Positions 45,981 to 54,701 of a stretch of 64,000 nucleotides of DNA are shown in pieces. The stretch's first letter is position 1. Each line of letters begins with the position of its first letter. The DNA comes from an uncultured Thermococci archaeon. GTDB lineage: Archaea > CAYQAE01 > CAYVLA01. The notes beneath the pieces were generated by a model. That model was given only the letters and a program-made list of their open reading frames with translations, was not told the DNA's origin and made no database searches. The stretch spans positions 57,919 to 121,918 of the forward strand of contig CAZJVP010000104.1 in NCBI GenBank assembly GCA_964549615.1, given 5' to 3'. The position numbers and the translations under genes are program-made.

Positions 45981-46718
45981 TCACCCTTCGAATCTGAACA
46001 GTTTAGCCGCGTTATCGTGCAGGATTCGTCTTCGGTCCTCCTCGGCGATGTCCGAGTCTAGGATCTGGCCGAGCGCAAAAGCTGGGCTCAGGAGGGTCAT
46101 GTCGCTTCCGAAGACTATCCTGTCGGATCCAACGGCGTCGACAGCTTCCCGAATGCGGTCATGCTGGAGAACGCTTCCGCAGACCTCAAGGTAGGTGTTC
46201 GGACATCGGAGGCCGCCCTCTATGCCTGCTCGCCACTCGTTCTCCGCGCCACCTCCCATGTGGCCCAGGATGAAACGATGCTTCGGGAAAGCATCGGCGA
46301 GTTCGCAGACCTGGTTCACCCCCTCACGGCCCCACGTGTGTACGAGCACTATCTTTTCCTCCGGGAGTGTCTCGAGGAGCTTCAGGGTTGCCTTGGAGTT
46401 TGCCGGTTCCCCGCTGTAGGATGGGTGGAGTTTGACTCCGACGAAGCGGGGATTCGAGAAATAGGTCTTCATCTGGTAACTGGCCCGATCGGGGTCCCGG
46501 GGATTGAGGTAGACGTACGCGTAGAACCTCCTATCGCTCTGGACGAACTGAGCTGCCTCGCGGTTGCCGGTCTCCATGTCATACGTTATAGCGCGCGACG
46601 AGGAGAAGACTGCCTTCTCGATATGGTACCTGTCACAGAGTTCCGCGACTCGTTCCGGCGAATCGCAGAAGATCGGGAAGAACCATTTTCCGCAATGGGC
46701 ATGGACATCGATTATCAT
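45981..46718 (-). CDS. amidohydrolase family protein (Amidohydro_2)
   Basis: IDVHAH, GVKLHP, LVHT, ILGHMG, VFGSD, ILHDNA. Confidence 0.9.
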   Translation of the reverse strand: MIIDVHAHCGKWFFPIFCDSPERVAELCDRYHIEKAVFSSSRAITYDMETGNREAAQFVQSDRRFYAYVYLNPRDPDRASYQMKTYFSNPRFVGVKLHPSYSGEPANSKATLKLLETLPEEKIVLVHTWGREGVNQVCELADAFPKHRFILGHMGGGAENEWRAGIEGGLRCPNTYLEVCGSVLQHDRIREAVDAVGSDRIVFGSDMTLLSPAFALGQILDSDIAEEDRRRILHDNAAKLFRFEG

Positions 46719-47494
46719 TTGATCCCCAGGATTCGCAGGGCGTTCTCCCTCAGTATCAGGCACCTGTCCTTCTTCGAGATCTGCGATCTCTGCACGTTCA
46801 AGAGAGGTCCCGAAAAGTAGGTGAAAGGGTAGTTGGATCCGAATATCAGCCTCTCCGCACCCACCTCATCCGTCACGAGCTCGACGGCGTCCGGCGTGTC
46901 GAGCATGTCCGTGCCGATATAGAGTCCGTCATATCGGGCCAGCAGCACCAGAACTTCAGAAAGGGTCCAGTAGCTCACGGAGTTCAGGATGACCACTACG
47001 CCGACTGCTTGCGCGACCCGGACGATCTCGGTGCTCCTCCCGGGGCTCATGGCAGGGACCATGACCGGGACTTGCTGGGACGCGGCCTCCTCCAGCAGCT
47101 TGTGGAAGGGGGCGTAGTCCAGCGGCCACCCCTGCAGGTCGGGAAAGACCCGGAGCGCAGCGAATTGACCCAGGTTGAGCGGCTCATCCTGGCGCCCGTA
47201 GTATCTTCTAGGATCGACGGTTGCCGCGGGGATGAGGAAGGGTAGCCTTCGAGAGTTTTCAAGCGTCTCCTCATTGCCTTCGGCGTAGTCGTAGTAAACC
47301 CCCAAGAGCGAGAGGGAGACGGCTTTCTCGACGCCCCAGGAGGAAAGGCGGGACGCCAAAGCTTCCGGTGGGGTGCGCTTGCCTCTCTTCGGATGCCATC
47401 CGAAGCAAGTATTGGAGTCTATGATGCCGACGTCAGGTTTTTCGGCCCGCGTAGTACTCCGCCACCTTCGTAATGCCCCGTGCCATGTCCCCAA
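46715..47494 (-). CDS. amidohydrolase family paralog with degenerate metal-binding motifs
   Basis: IIDSNTCFG (no HxH), LRVFP, LIFGSNYP, ILRENA; start uncertain, probably near 47430. Confidence 0.8.
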   Translation of the reverse strand: MGTWHGALRRWRSTTRAEKPDVGIIDSNTCFGWHPKRGKRTPPEALASRLSSWGVEKAVSLSLLGVYYDYAEGNEETLENSRRLPFLIPAATVDPRRYYGRQDEPLNLGQFAALRVFPDLQGWPLDYAPFHKLLEEAASQQVPVMVPAMSPGRSTEIVRVAQAVGVVVILNSVSYWTLSEVLVLLARYDGLYIGTDMLDTPDAVELVTDEVGAERLIFGSNYPFTYFSGPLLNVQRSQISKKDRCLILRENALRILGIK

Positions 47495-48677
47495 TGTCGT
47501 TCTCCGTGAAACATTCGCGAATGGGAAGCGTTATGATGCTCCTGAGGATCTTCTCCGTGTTGGGGCACATGCCCTCCCTGTACTCCACATCTCGCCCGTG
47601 GAGCGGGCATTCGAATGGGCAGTGGGATGTCCCGTAGGTCCTCTTTTCCCTCAGGATGGGAAACATGTAGAGCGGCTGCCTTATGTAGCCGAACGAAGCG
47701 GGGATGCCCTCGGCGGAGATGGCCTTGGCAAACTGCTCGGGCCCAACTCCAAGGACGTCCTGGTCGATCGTCATGGGGTATAGCCAGAAGGAGTGCTTGC
47801 AGTCCCCCGGGATCTCGGGGGGGTTGACGCCAGGCACCTTCCTCAGGAGTCGCGAGAGGCGCATGCCGAGCGCTCTCCTCCGCGAGACTATCCTCCGGGC
47901 CTTCCGGAGCTGGGCCAGGGCCACGGCGCCTTGGAGCTCGGTCATCCGATAGTTCATCGCAAGGAAGAGGTAGCCGCGCTCACCCCAACCGCCCTCCCTA
48001 GGCCATGCTTTGTCAGCGAAGAGGCGTGCTCTGGATGCGAGCTTATCGTCGCTGGTGATCGTGATCCCGCCGTCCCCGCAGGTGATCTGCTTGGATTGCT
48101 GCAGGCTGAAACAGCCGAAATGGCCGAACGTCCCCGCAAGCTTCCCTTTGCGCTCGGCCAGGTGTGCTTGGCATGCGTCCTCGATCAGGTATAGGTGGTG
48201 GTCGTCACAGATCTGCCGGATTTCCTCCATGTTGCCGACGAGGCCGAAGAGGTGGATCGCGATCACGGCCTTGGTCTTACGAGTTATCTTCCGCTCAAGA
48301 TCGTCCGGGTCCATCGAGTAGGTATGAGGTTCCAGATCCGCGAAGATGGGGATGCAGTTCTGGTAGAGGATCGGAATGATCGTGCCTATGTCCGATATCC
48401 CGGTGGTGATTATCTCGGAACCGGGGTCAGGGTTTATGGCACCCAGCGCGACATGGATCGAGGCCGTTCCAGATGTGGAGGCTATTGCGTGTCTGGTGCC
48501 GTAGAGTTCGGCAAAGCCCCTCTCAAAAGCCTCCACCTTGTCGCCTCCGACGCGGTTCAGCCTCTGAGACCAAATCACGTCGACAAGTTCCCTGAGTTCC
48601 TCCTTTCCTATCTCCCTTCTCTCCGGAAAGGGCGTGAGGCGGGTCCTATCTCCTCCGTCGATCGCAAGCTGAGGCAA
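47433..48677 (-). CDS. DegT/DnrJ/EryC1/StrS family PLP-dependent aminotransferase
   Basis: SGTASIH, IEDACQA, FSLQQSKQITCGDGG, NYRMTELQGA. Confidence 0.93.
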   Translation of the reverse strand: MPQLAIDGGDRTRLTPFPERREIGKEELRELVDVIWSQRLNRVGGDKVEAFERGFAELYGTRHAIASTSGTASIHVALGAINPDPGSEIITTGISDIGTIIPILYQNCIPIFADLEPHTYSMDPDDLERKITRKTKAVIAIHLFGLVGNMEEIRQICDDHHLYLIEDACQAHLAERKGKLAGTFGHFGCFSLQQSKQITCGDGGITITSDDKLASRARLFADKAWPREGGWGERGYLFLAMNYRMTELQGAVALAQLRKARRIVSRRRALGMRLSRLLRKVPGVNPPEIPGDCKHSFWLYPMTIDQDVLGVGPEQFAKAISAEGIPASFGYIRQPLYMFPILREKRTYGTSHCPFECPLHGRDVEYREGMCPNTEKILRSIITLPIRECFTENDIGDMARGITKVAEYYAGRKT

Positions 48678-48934
48678 GCCGCCACCTTGGCGCCAGGCAA
48701 GAAATGGCGGGCTAATTACTATTACCCTAGGCGCTCGAGCTTTACGTCGATTCTTGAGGCCGGGTTGGCGTCCGGGCTGCGCCTAGATGTACGCCGGGTT
48801 CTTCTCGGGGCATTTCCAAGCGGTTTGGCTGTCCAAAGAGGTCGTGGGCAGCGCGGAAGCTAGTTTTGCGAGGTCAAAGGGGCATTCGTTCAAGAAAGCC
48901 TGCGCACACTGCATTATTTCAAGGATATGGGCCG

Positions 48935-48949
48935 GAAGTATTTATATTC
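48935..48949 (+). promoter_or_regulatory. BRE+TATA promoter upstream of repeat protein 2
   Basis: GAAGTATTTATATTC, near-identical to 5005-5019. Confidence 0.65.
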
Positions 48950-48992
48950 CTGCCACAACATAGTGAAAAATGCACAAACGGCACGATAATTT

Positions 48993-49550
48993 GTGGTCCT
49001 GATGGTTGAGGAGAGTGTCGAATACATCTTCCAAACCTCCCTCATGTCGCCGCTTGACAAGGACTATCTCGAGGTCCTAATCAAGCTGGGGTACAAGGAA
49101 GACGCCAAGAAGAAACTCGATGAGCTGTTCAGCACCCGGATGAGGAACTCCAATACGCTATTCACGCCCCAAGAGAGGGAGTGCTTCGAAGCCCTATTGA
49201 AGGCTAGGCAGTTGGAAGAGGCGGAGAGGGCACTTGAGCTGGCGTACAGGAGAAGAAGGGATGTGGACGGCAGTGGCCTGTCGCAGGTTGAGCGGGAGTA
49301 CGTCGAGATGCTCCGGAGAATGGGTGAGAATGAGGCTGCGGCAAGGGTGATCGACCAGGCTGCCCACAGAAATGGAAATGCGAACGGGCCCGGGTTGCTC
49401 AGCGGGATAGACAAGGAGTACATGGATGCCTTGATTCAGCTTGGCAAGCGGGAGAAAGCAAAACAGCTTGTGGATTCCATATACGAAGCGCGCAAGACGC
49501 GGGAGCAGGCCCTCATGATGGATCTATTGAGCCGGGCCCGCAAGCGCTAA
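48993..49550 (+). CDS. hypothetical helical protein with four ~40-aa tandem repeats (paralog of 5101-5730)
   Basis: LMSPLDKDY, LFTPQEREC, LSQVEREY, LLSGIDKEY repeats; C-terminal REKAKQLVDSIY matches REKARSLVDSIY of the paralog. Confidence 0.85.
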   Translation: MVLMVEESVEYIFQTSLMSPLDKDYLEVLIKLGYKEDAKKKLDELFSTRMRNSNTLFTPQERECFEALLKARQLEEAERALELAYRRRRDVDGSGLSQVEREYVEMLRRMGENEAAARVIDQAAHRNGNANGPGLLSGIDKEYMDALIQLGKREKAKQLVDSIYEARKTREQALMMDLLSRARKR

Positions 49551-49554
49551 GAAC

Positions 49555-49562
49555 TTTTTTTT
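49555..49562 (+). terminator. oligo-T archaeal terminator
   Basis: T8 run 4 nt after the stop of 48993-49550. Confidence 0.6.
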
Positions 49563-49608
49563 CGGCAAACGATCCAGTCGTGATCCCGTTCTGATTGGCC
49601 GCCTCTTC

Positions 49609-49675
49609 TCAGGTGCGGCTGGAGGACACCACGCCGACCCTTTTGGCGGGACGACGTTGAAAGCCCCTTCATCAG
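49609..49675 (-). ncRNA. candidate C/D-box guide sRNA
   Basis: Minus strand has box C CTGATGA and box D CTGA, two 10-nt segments complementary to conserved rRNA motifs, and degenerate internal C'/D' boxes. Confidence 0.5.
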
Positions 49676-49797
49676 CGGGCCTTGCACCCGAGAGCATGAC
49701 TGTTGGGTTGCGTGGATAACCACGACCGCGAAGCGGCACAACGGTCTGGCTAGGGTGTACGCCGCCTCGCCTCTGGCAATCTTTATCAACAGCGTGC

Positions 49798-50835
49798 GTG
49801 GCCGAGCTTCCGAAGAGGCTGTTCGTGGCGGCCAACGTCCTGCTACTGGGCATAGGGTTATCGCTTTCCTTCTACCTTGCCTGGTGCCTAGGCGCAAACG
49901 ATGCATCAAATCCGACCGAGTGCGCCGTGGGCTCGGGGGTGGTCAGTCTGCGCTGGGCCCTCACGCTTTTCTGCCTGTTCGCCGCGTTCGGGGCACTGAC
50001 GCACGGATACATGGTGATCAAGACGATAGGAGCGGGCGTGGTCCCGGAGCTGAGCCTGCTTGGCTCAATCACGACCGTTCTCTCCGCCTGCCTTTGGATA
50101 ACGCTGTGCACATGGAGAGGCCTCCCGGTCTCCACGAGCCACTCCATCGTGGGGAGCGTCGTGGGATACGGTCTGTGCCAGTACGGAGCCGCAGGGGTGA
50201 AGTGGCAGGTTCTTGGAGGCATAGGGGCCTCTTGGTTAGTCTCGCCATTGGCGGCGGCCCTGGTGGCTACGGTCCTGTACCGTGCGATGCGGGCGTGGCT
50301 GCCGGCCCGGCGGCGTTCCGAGCAGATCGCCCGGCTGATATTGGTCTTCGCGCTCTGCTTCTCAGCCTTTGCGTTCGGCGCCAACGACGTCGCCAATGCG
50401 ACGGGAGTCTTCTTCACGGTTGCCAAGGGATCCGAAGAGATGACGCAGAGCGTGGCGCTTCTTGCACTTGCTGCCCTCGGAAGCACAGGCATCGCGGTGG
50501 GAGCATTTACCTGGGGATACCGGGTGATCAACACGGTCGGTTTCAAAGTCACTAGGTTGGATCCCGTGATGGGAGGTGCTGCCGAGCTGAGCAACGCTTT
50601 GGCGGTATATTTATTCACAACGGTACCCTTCCTCTTGTTCGGATGGGGAATGCCCATATCGACCACCCTTTGCAGCGTCGGATCGATCATCGGCGTTGGG
50701 CTGGCCAGGGATTACAGGACGGTCTCAAGGCAAACGGTCCTTCGCATAGTGGCAGGGTGGGTGTTCACGGTACCGATCTGTGCCGCGCTGAGCGCGGTCC
50801 TGTATTGGCTCGCAACGGGAGGTCTCGCTCTCTAG
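49798..50835 (+). CDS. PiT-family inorganic phosphate transporter
   Basis: GANDASN and GANDVAN signatures, GLPVSTSH, GMPISTT. Confidence 0.93.
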   Translation: MAELPKRLFVAANVLLLGIGLSLSFYLAWCLGANDASNPTECAVGSGVVSLRWALTLFCLFAAFGALTHGYMVIKTIGAGVVPELSLLGSITTVLSACLWITLCTWRGLPVSTSHSIVGSVVGYGLCQYGAAGVKWQVLGGIGASWLVSPLAAALVATVLYRAMRAWLPARRRSEQIARLILVFALCFSAFAFGANDVANATGVFFTVAKGSEEMTQSVALLALAALGSTGIAVGAFTWGYRVINTVGFKVTRLDPVMGGAAELSNALAVYLFTTVPFLLFGWGMPISTTLCSVGSIIGVGLARDYRTVSRQTVLRIVAGWVFTVPICAALSAVLYWLATGGLAL

Positions 50836-50844
50836 GGTGAGAAG

Positions 50845-51525
50845 ATGAAGAAGACGCGCAGTCTGGGAGTCTGGCTCGGGAAACAAAGGCAGAAGGAGAT
50901 CTTCAAGCTATGCAAGAACCATGTGGCCAAGATAATCCAAACGGTGGAGGAGATGCGCAGGAGCACCCACGCATATGAACAGGCCGACGAGGAGCGCGCA
51001 TCCGCCCTGGCAAAGGCCGCCTCCCAGATGGAAAAGGAGGCCGATGCGATCAAACGGTCCATCATGGATGAGCTGGTCAGGGAGATCTTCCACCCGATGG
51101 ACCGAGACGAAATCCTTCGCCTTGTGTTGGAGGCGGATGGGATCGCGAGCAACGCCAAGGCGGCTGCGGGCAAGCTTTCCATGATACCCAGGAAGGTGGT
51201 CTCGGACTCTTTGGCGCACAGCTTGGCTGAGCTCTCCGATGCGCTGGTGGCGACGGTCAACGCAATGGGCGAGGCGTTCGATGCCCTCGTGGAGGGCGCC
51301 GAGAACGTCTTCGAACTGTGTCAGCGAGTGGAGACCCACGAAGAGCAGATCGATGAGTTCAGGGCGACAATGATCCGGGACCAGTTCATCCCATGGTGCC
51401 AGGCCACGGACCGGACGGGTTTATGCATCATACTGAAAGAGGCCATGGACAACATGGAGAAGGTGGCGGACGAAGCCGAGGACGTGGCCGATGTGATAAG
51501 GAGCATAGCAATGACCTCGCGCTAG
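50845..51525 (+). CDS. DUF47 / PhoU-like phosphate transport regulator
   Basis: EKEADAIKR, HPMDRDE, EEQID, EKVADEAEDVAD; next to PiT. Confidence 0.9.
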   Translation: MKKTRSLGVWLGKQRQKEIFKLCKNHVAKIIQTVEEMRRSTHAYEQADEERASALAKAASQMEKEADAIKRSIMDELVREIFHPMDRDEILRLVLEADGIASNAKAAAGKLSMIPRKVVSDSLAHSLAELSDALVATVNAMGEAFDALVEGAENVFELCQRVETHEEQIDEFRATMIRDQFIPWCQATDRTGLCIILKEAMDNMEKVADEAEDVADVIRSIAMTSR

Positions 51526-51541
51526 GCATCGCCTGGTTCGC

Positions 51542-51979
51542 CTAGTGGCCGGTGCCGGTCGGCACGACCCTCACGGAATGCACGGAGTACTTGTGTCCCA
51601 TCGAGGTTATCGAGAACTTCTTGTACCAACCGAAGGGCACGATCTCCACCTCGGGCATGTTGAGCTCCCCGACGAGGAGCTTCTCCATGGCCGCAGCGGT
51701 GGACGAGGAGCTCTTCTCATCCCTGCCGACGAGGAAGGCGAAGGCAAAAAGGATCAGCCTCTTTGGACCCACCTTGGATATGTAGCTCCGGATCTCGTTC
51801 GCGGCCAGCCGTGCGACCTCGGAGGGATCCTGATCGTCGGCCGCCTCGGTGGAGTATAGCACGACAACTGCCTCGCCGAAGTTGCGTGCCTTCATCTCGT
51901 CCGGAATCTCGACCGCGATGGGGGTCCTGATCTTGGCCTCGTACCAAAACGACTCTACGTGTACGAACAGCATTCTCAT
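51542..51979 (-). CDS. free-standing archaeal threonyl-tRNA synthetase editing-domain homolog
   Basis: MRMLFVHVESFWY, PFGWYKKFSITSMGH. Confidence 0.8.
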   Translation of the reverse strand: MRMLFVHVESFWYEAKIRTPIAVEIPDEMKARNFGEAVVVLYSTEAADDQDPSEVARLAANEIRSYISKVGPKRLILFAFAFLVGRDEKSSSSTAAAMEKLLVGELNMPEVEIVPFGWYKKFSITSMGHKYSVHSVRVVPTGTGH

Positions 51980-51988
51980 TACAAATCC

Positions 51989-52783
51989 TCACCCTCGGAA
52001 GGCAGGCCCGATGGCATCGGTCGGACATGCATCCCGGCATTCCATGCAAAGGATGCATTCGGAATCCCATCTCAGGCCTGCCTGGCCCTTGATGTCGATG
52101 ATGCCCATGCTGCAGGCCCTCTCGCATCTGAGGCACCTTATGCATCTTTCCTGGTTGACCGAGATCCCAGCGCCCTTCGCTGAGGCAGGGAGGGACAGGA
52201 TTGCGCCGAGCGGGCAGACGTACCTGCACCAGGCCCGCTTCTGCGTTGCGGCAGAGAAGGACACGGCGACGAGGAACACCGCAAAGCCGACGGCGAAGGA
52301 GTTTTCCGGTTTCCAGATCGAGGAGAGGGCCCTTGACGTGACGGACATGGGCGCCATCCATTCGAGGAAAGTCCATCCGGCAAGCACGGAGACGAGGAGC
52401 CCAGCGACCAGGATCACGTACTTGAGGCATCTGAGGGACTCCGGCATCCGGGCTCCCCTTCGCCCGAAGGAAATCATGTCCTGCACGAAGCCCAGCGGAC
52501 AGATCCAACCGCAGAACGCCCTACCCAGGGCGAGGCTTGCTGCCAGCATGGCGGCGCCCATAATCAGAAGCGGGATGGGGGTAACGGCGCCCGACAGGGC
52601 TGCGGAGATGCTGAGGAGCGGGTCAACGTGCCAGAGAAGCCGGATGGGTAGGGAGGGGTTGGTGACGGCATAGAGGACTAGGATCAGCATCTGGGCCTGA
52701 ACGATGTGTCTGATGTATCGGAGTTTGATGCTGGATAGGAAGGATCTCCTTTCCGACCGCCCGGATTGCCGGTCGTTGGGCAT
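51989..52783 (-). CDS. NapH/MauN-like membrane 4Fe-4S protein
   Basis: GRAFCGWICPLG, RAWCRYVCPLG, two CxxCxxCxxxC motifs. Confidence 0.9.
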   Translation of the reverse strand: MPNDRQSGRSERRSFLSSIKLRYIRHIVQAQMLILVLYAVTNPSLPIRLLWHVDPLLSISAALSGAVTPIPLLIMGAAMLAASLALGRAFCGWICPLGFVQDMISFGRRGARMPESLRCLKYVILVAGLLVSVLAGWTFLEWMAPMSVTSRALSSIWKPENSFAVGFAVFLVAVSFSAATQKRAWCRYVCPLGAILSLPASAKGAGISVNQERCIRCLRCERACSMGIIDIKGQAGLRWDSECILCMECRDACPTDAIGPAFRG

Positions 52784-52787
52784 TCGA

Positions 52788-53453
52788 TCAGGCCCTCCAT
52801 TCGGTGCGCTTTGCCCCGGTCCCCGAGACGGTCACAGCTTTGGGCGTGGTGGGGCAGGCGTACTCGCATGCGCCGCAACCAACGCAGACCTCGTGGTTGA
52901 ACACGGGCCGCCTCACCGTCGCGCCCGATCCCTTGCCCTCGCCGCCCTTCGTAGTTATGGCGCCCTCGACGGGGCATATCTCCTTGCACGCCAGGCATGG
53001 CTGCTTGAGCGCATAGGCTATGCAAAGCCTTGTGTCAACGGAGGCGGTGCCCATCTTCAGCTTGGTCGAAAGTTGGTTGGAGGACAGGCCCTCGAGGTTG
53101 ATCGGTTGGAGGACTTTGACGGGGCAGGCCTGGATGCAGTTCTGACAGCCGTTGACGGGCATTATGCAATAGCCCCTGCTCGGGACCAACTTCGGCGTCA
53201 TCAGGTTGGGGAAGCCGTTCTCGAGGCCTTGCAGCTGGAGGGCCGAGTTCGGGCAGGCTGAGACGCATCTGCCGCACCGCGCGCACAGCGCGAGGAAGCC
53301 ATCCTCATCTATCGCGCCGGGTGGCCTCGGGGTGGGCTGCTTGCCAGTCCCGCTTGCGAGGCTTGCGCCGACGACCGAGACGACCGCGCCCGCTCCCACC
53401 GTGGCAATGAAGCGCCGCCTGCTCATCGCATCGAAGGGGCTATTCGTTGCCAC
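52788..53453 (-). CDS. NapG/MauM-like Tat-exported ferredoxin
   Basis: SRRRFI Tat motif, RPPGA, CARCGRCVSACP, CVGCGACEYACP. Confidence 0.9.
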   Translation of the reverse strand: MATNSPFDAMSRRRFIATVGAGAVVSVVGASLASGTGKQPTPRPPGAIDEDGFLALCARCGRCVSACPNSALQLQGLENGFPNLMTPKLVPSRGYCIMPVNGCQNCIQACPVKVLQPINLEGLSSNQLSTKLKMGTASVDTRLCIAYALKQPCLACKEICPVEGAITTKGGEGKGSGATVRRPVFNHEVCVGCGACEYACPTTPKAVTVSGTGAKRTEWRA

Positions 53454-54519
53454 CGTGGGCCTTCCTCCTATCCCATATCATCGCGGCTAGGCCTAGGGCG
53501 ACCGAGGCCACGGACAGCGAGGCGTATGGCGCCCATGGCGGCAATGCGGAGCTCATGGAAGGGGGTGGAGAGGGTCCGGTGCCCTCCTTAGCATCGACTT
53601 CGAAGGTCTTTGCCAGGACGCTGGAGGGTTCGGCGTCGCCGACCCCCAGTCCGCTCGCGATCTGCACGTACGCGTTACGACCATCAAATCCAAAATCCTC
53701 GTACCCCAAGGAGTAGGCGAGCGCCATTGATGCGACGTCGACCGCTACGGGATCCACTCCTGCGACAACCTTTCCCATTTCAACGAGCTCCCCTGGGCCG
53801 CGGGGCCCGCCGGACACCAAGACCCTCGTTGCATCAACCACCGTGAGGCTGGGCCGGATGCCTAAGGAAAGGTCTGCGATGGCGCCGTCAAGACCCTGTC
53901 TGTGGAAGGCAGCGCGATCGTAGACCAGTCCCATGAGGCCCTTGAGGCCGACGGAGGAGCCCGTGGCTTCATGATGCTTGAGGACGGGCACGTTGATCAG
54001 CACATCGCTCTCAAGGTAGGCCTTAGCGATCTCCACTTCCCTCAAGGTTTGGGCCCCTTCCAGCTCAACTGTCTGGAAGTCCGATTCTTGTTGGAGCACC
54101 AGGAACTGCGCTCCCTGCTCCTCGGCGGCGGCACGGAGGCCATTGATCTGAACGGTGAGTGCGCTAGGCTTGTTGATCGTGTGGTCGGCGAGGATGACCT
54201 TTGAGGCACCGGCCTCGAGCGACAGCCTCACGACGGCGGATGCAATCTCGGGACTCGTGTTGGCCCCCGTCCCGGACGGGACGCTGAAGCTCGCGTTTGG
54301 TTTGACCAGCACGACGTCGCCCCGTCCGACGAAAGTGTCGATTCCTCCTAGGCCGTCCAAGGCCGCTGACACCAGCTCCGAGGGAGTGCCGTTCCGGGCA
54401 ATGACCACGGATTCGGGGCCGGGGCCTGGCTTGGCGTTCGCAATTCTCTCCTTGAGCAAGGCCAAGAAGCAGGACGCCGTCCCAATCTCAAGAAAGCGAC
54501 GCCTCGAGAGATGCGTCAT
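53440..54519 (-). CDS. DUF362-domain protein with Tat signal and C-terminal TM anchor
   Basis: SRRRFL, VLVKPN, INVPVLKHH, LKGLMG, DPVAVD; hydrophobic C-terminus. Confidence 0.85.
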   Translation of the reverse strand: MTHLSRRRFLEIGTASCFLALLKERIANAKPGPGPESVVIARNGTPSELVSAALDGLGGIDTFVGRGDVVLVKPNASFSVPSGTGANTSPEIASAVVRLSLEAGASKVILADHTINKPSALTVQINGLRAAAEEQGAQFLVLQQESDFQTVELEGAQTLREVEIAKAYLESDVLINVPVLKHHEATGSSVGLKGLMGLVYDRAAFHRQGLDGAIADLSLGIRPSLTVVDATRVLVSGGPRGPGELVEMGKVVAGVDPVAVDVASMALAYSLGYEDFGFDGRNAYVQIASGLGVGDAEPSSVLAKTFEVDAKEGTGPSPPPSMSSALPPWAPYASLSVASVALGLAAMIWDRRKAHGGNE

Positions 54520-54701
54520 TGCCGGCGATTCTCGCCTTGCACATTAATAATGATGACATAGTCTCGCGACATCAACCCAAGCTTGCACCGCAGATCAGGC
54601 GCTGCGGAGAGACCGGCTTAAGGGATCTGCAGTCCAGGAGGTCAGCCAGGAAGCGCGCCGGTTGGGTAAGAATTATATACGGAATGGACTGGTGGCTGCT
54701 C

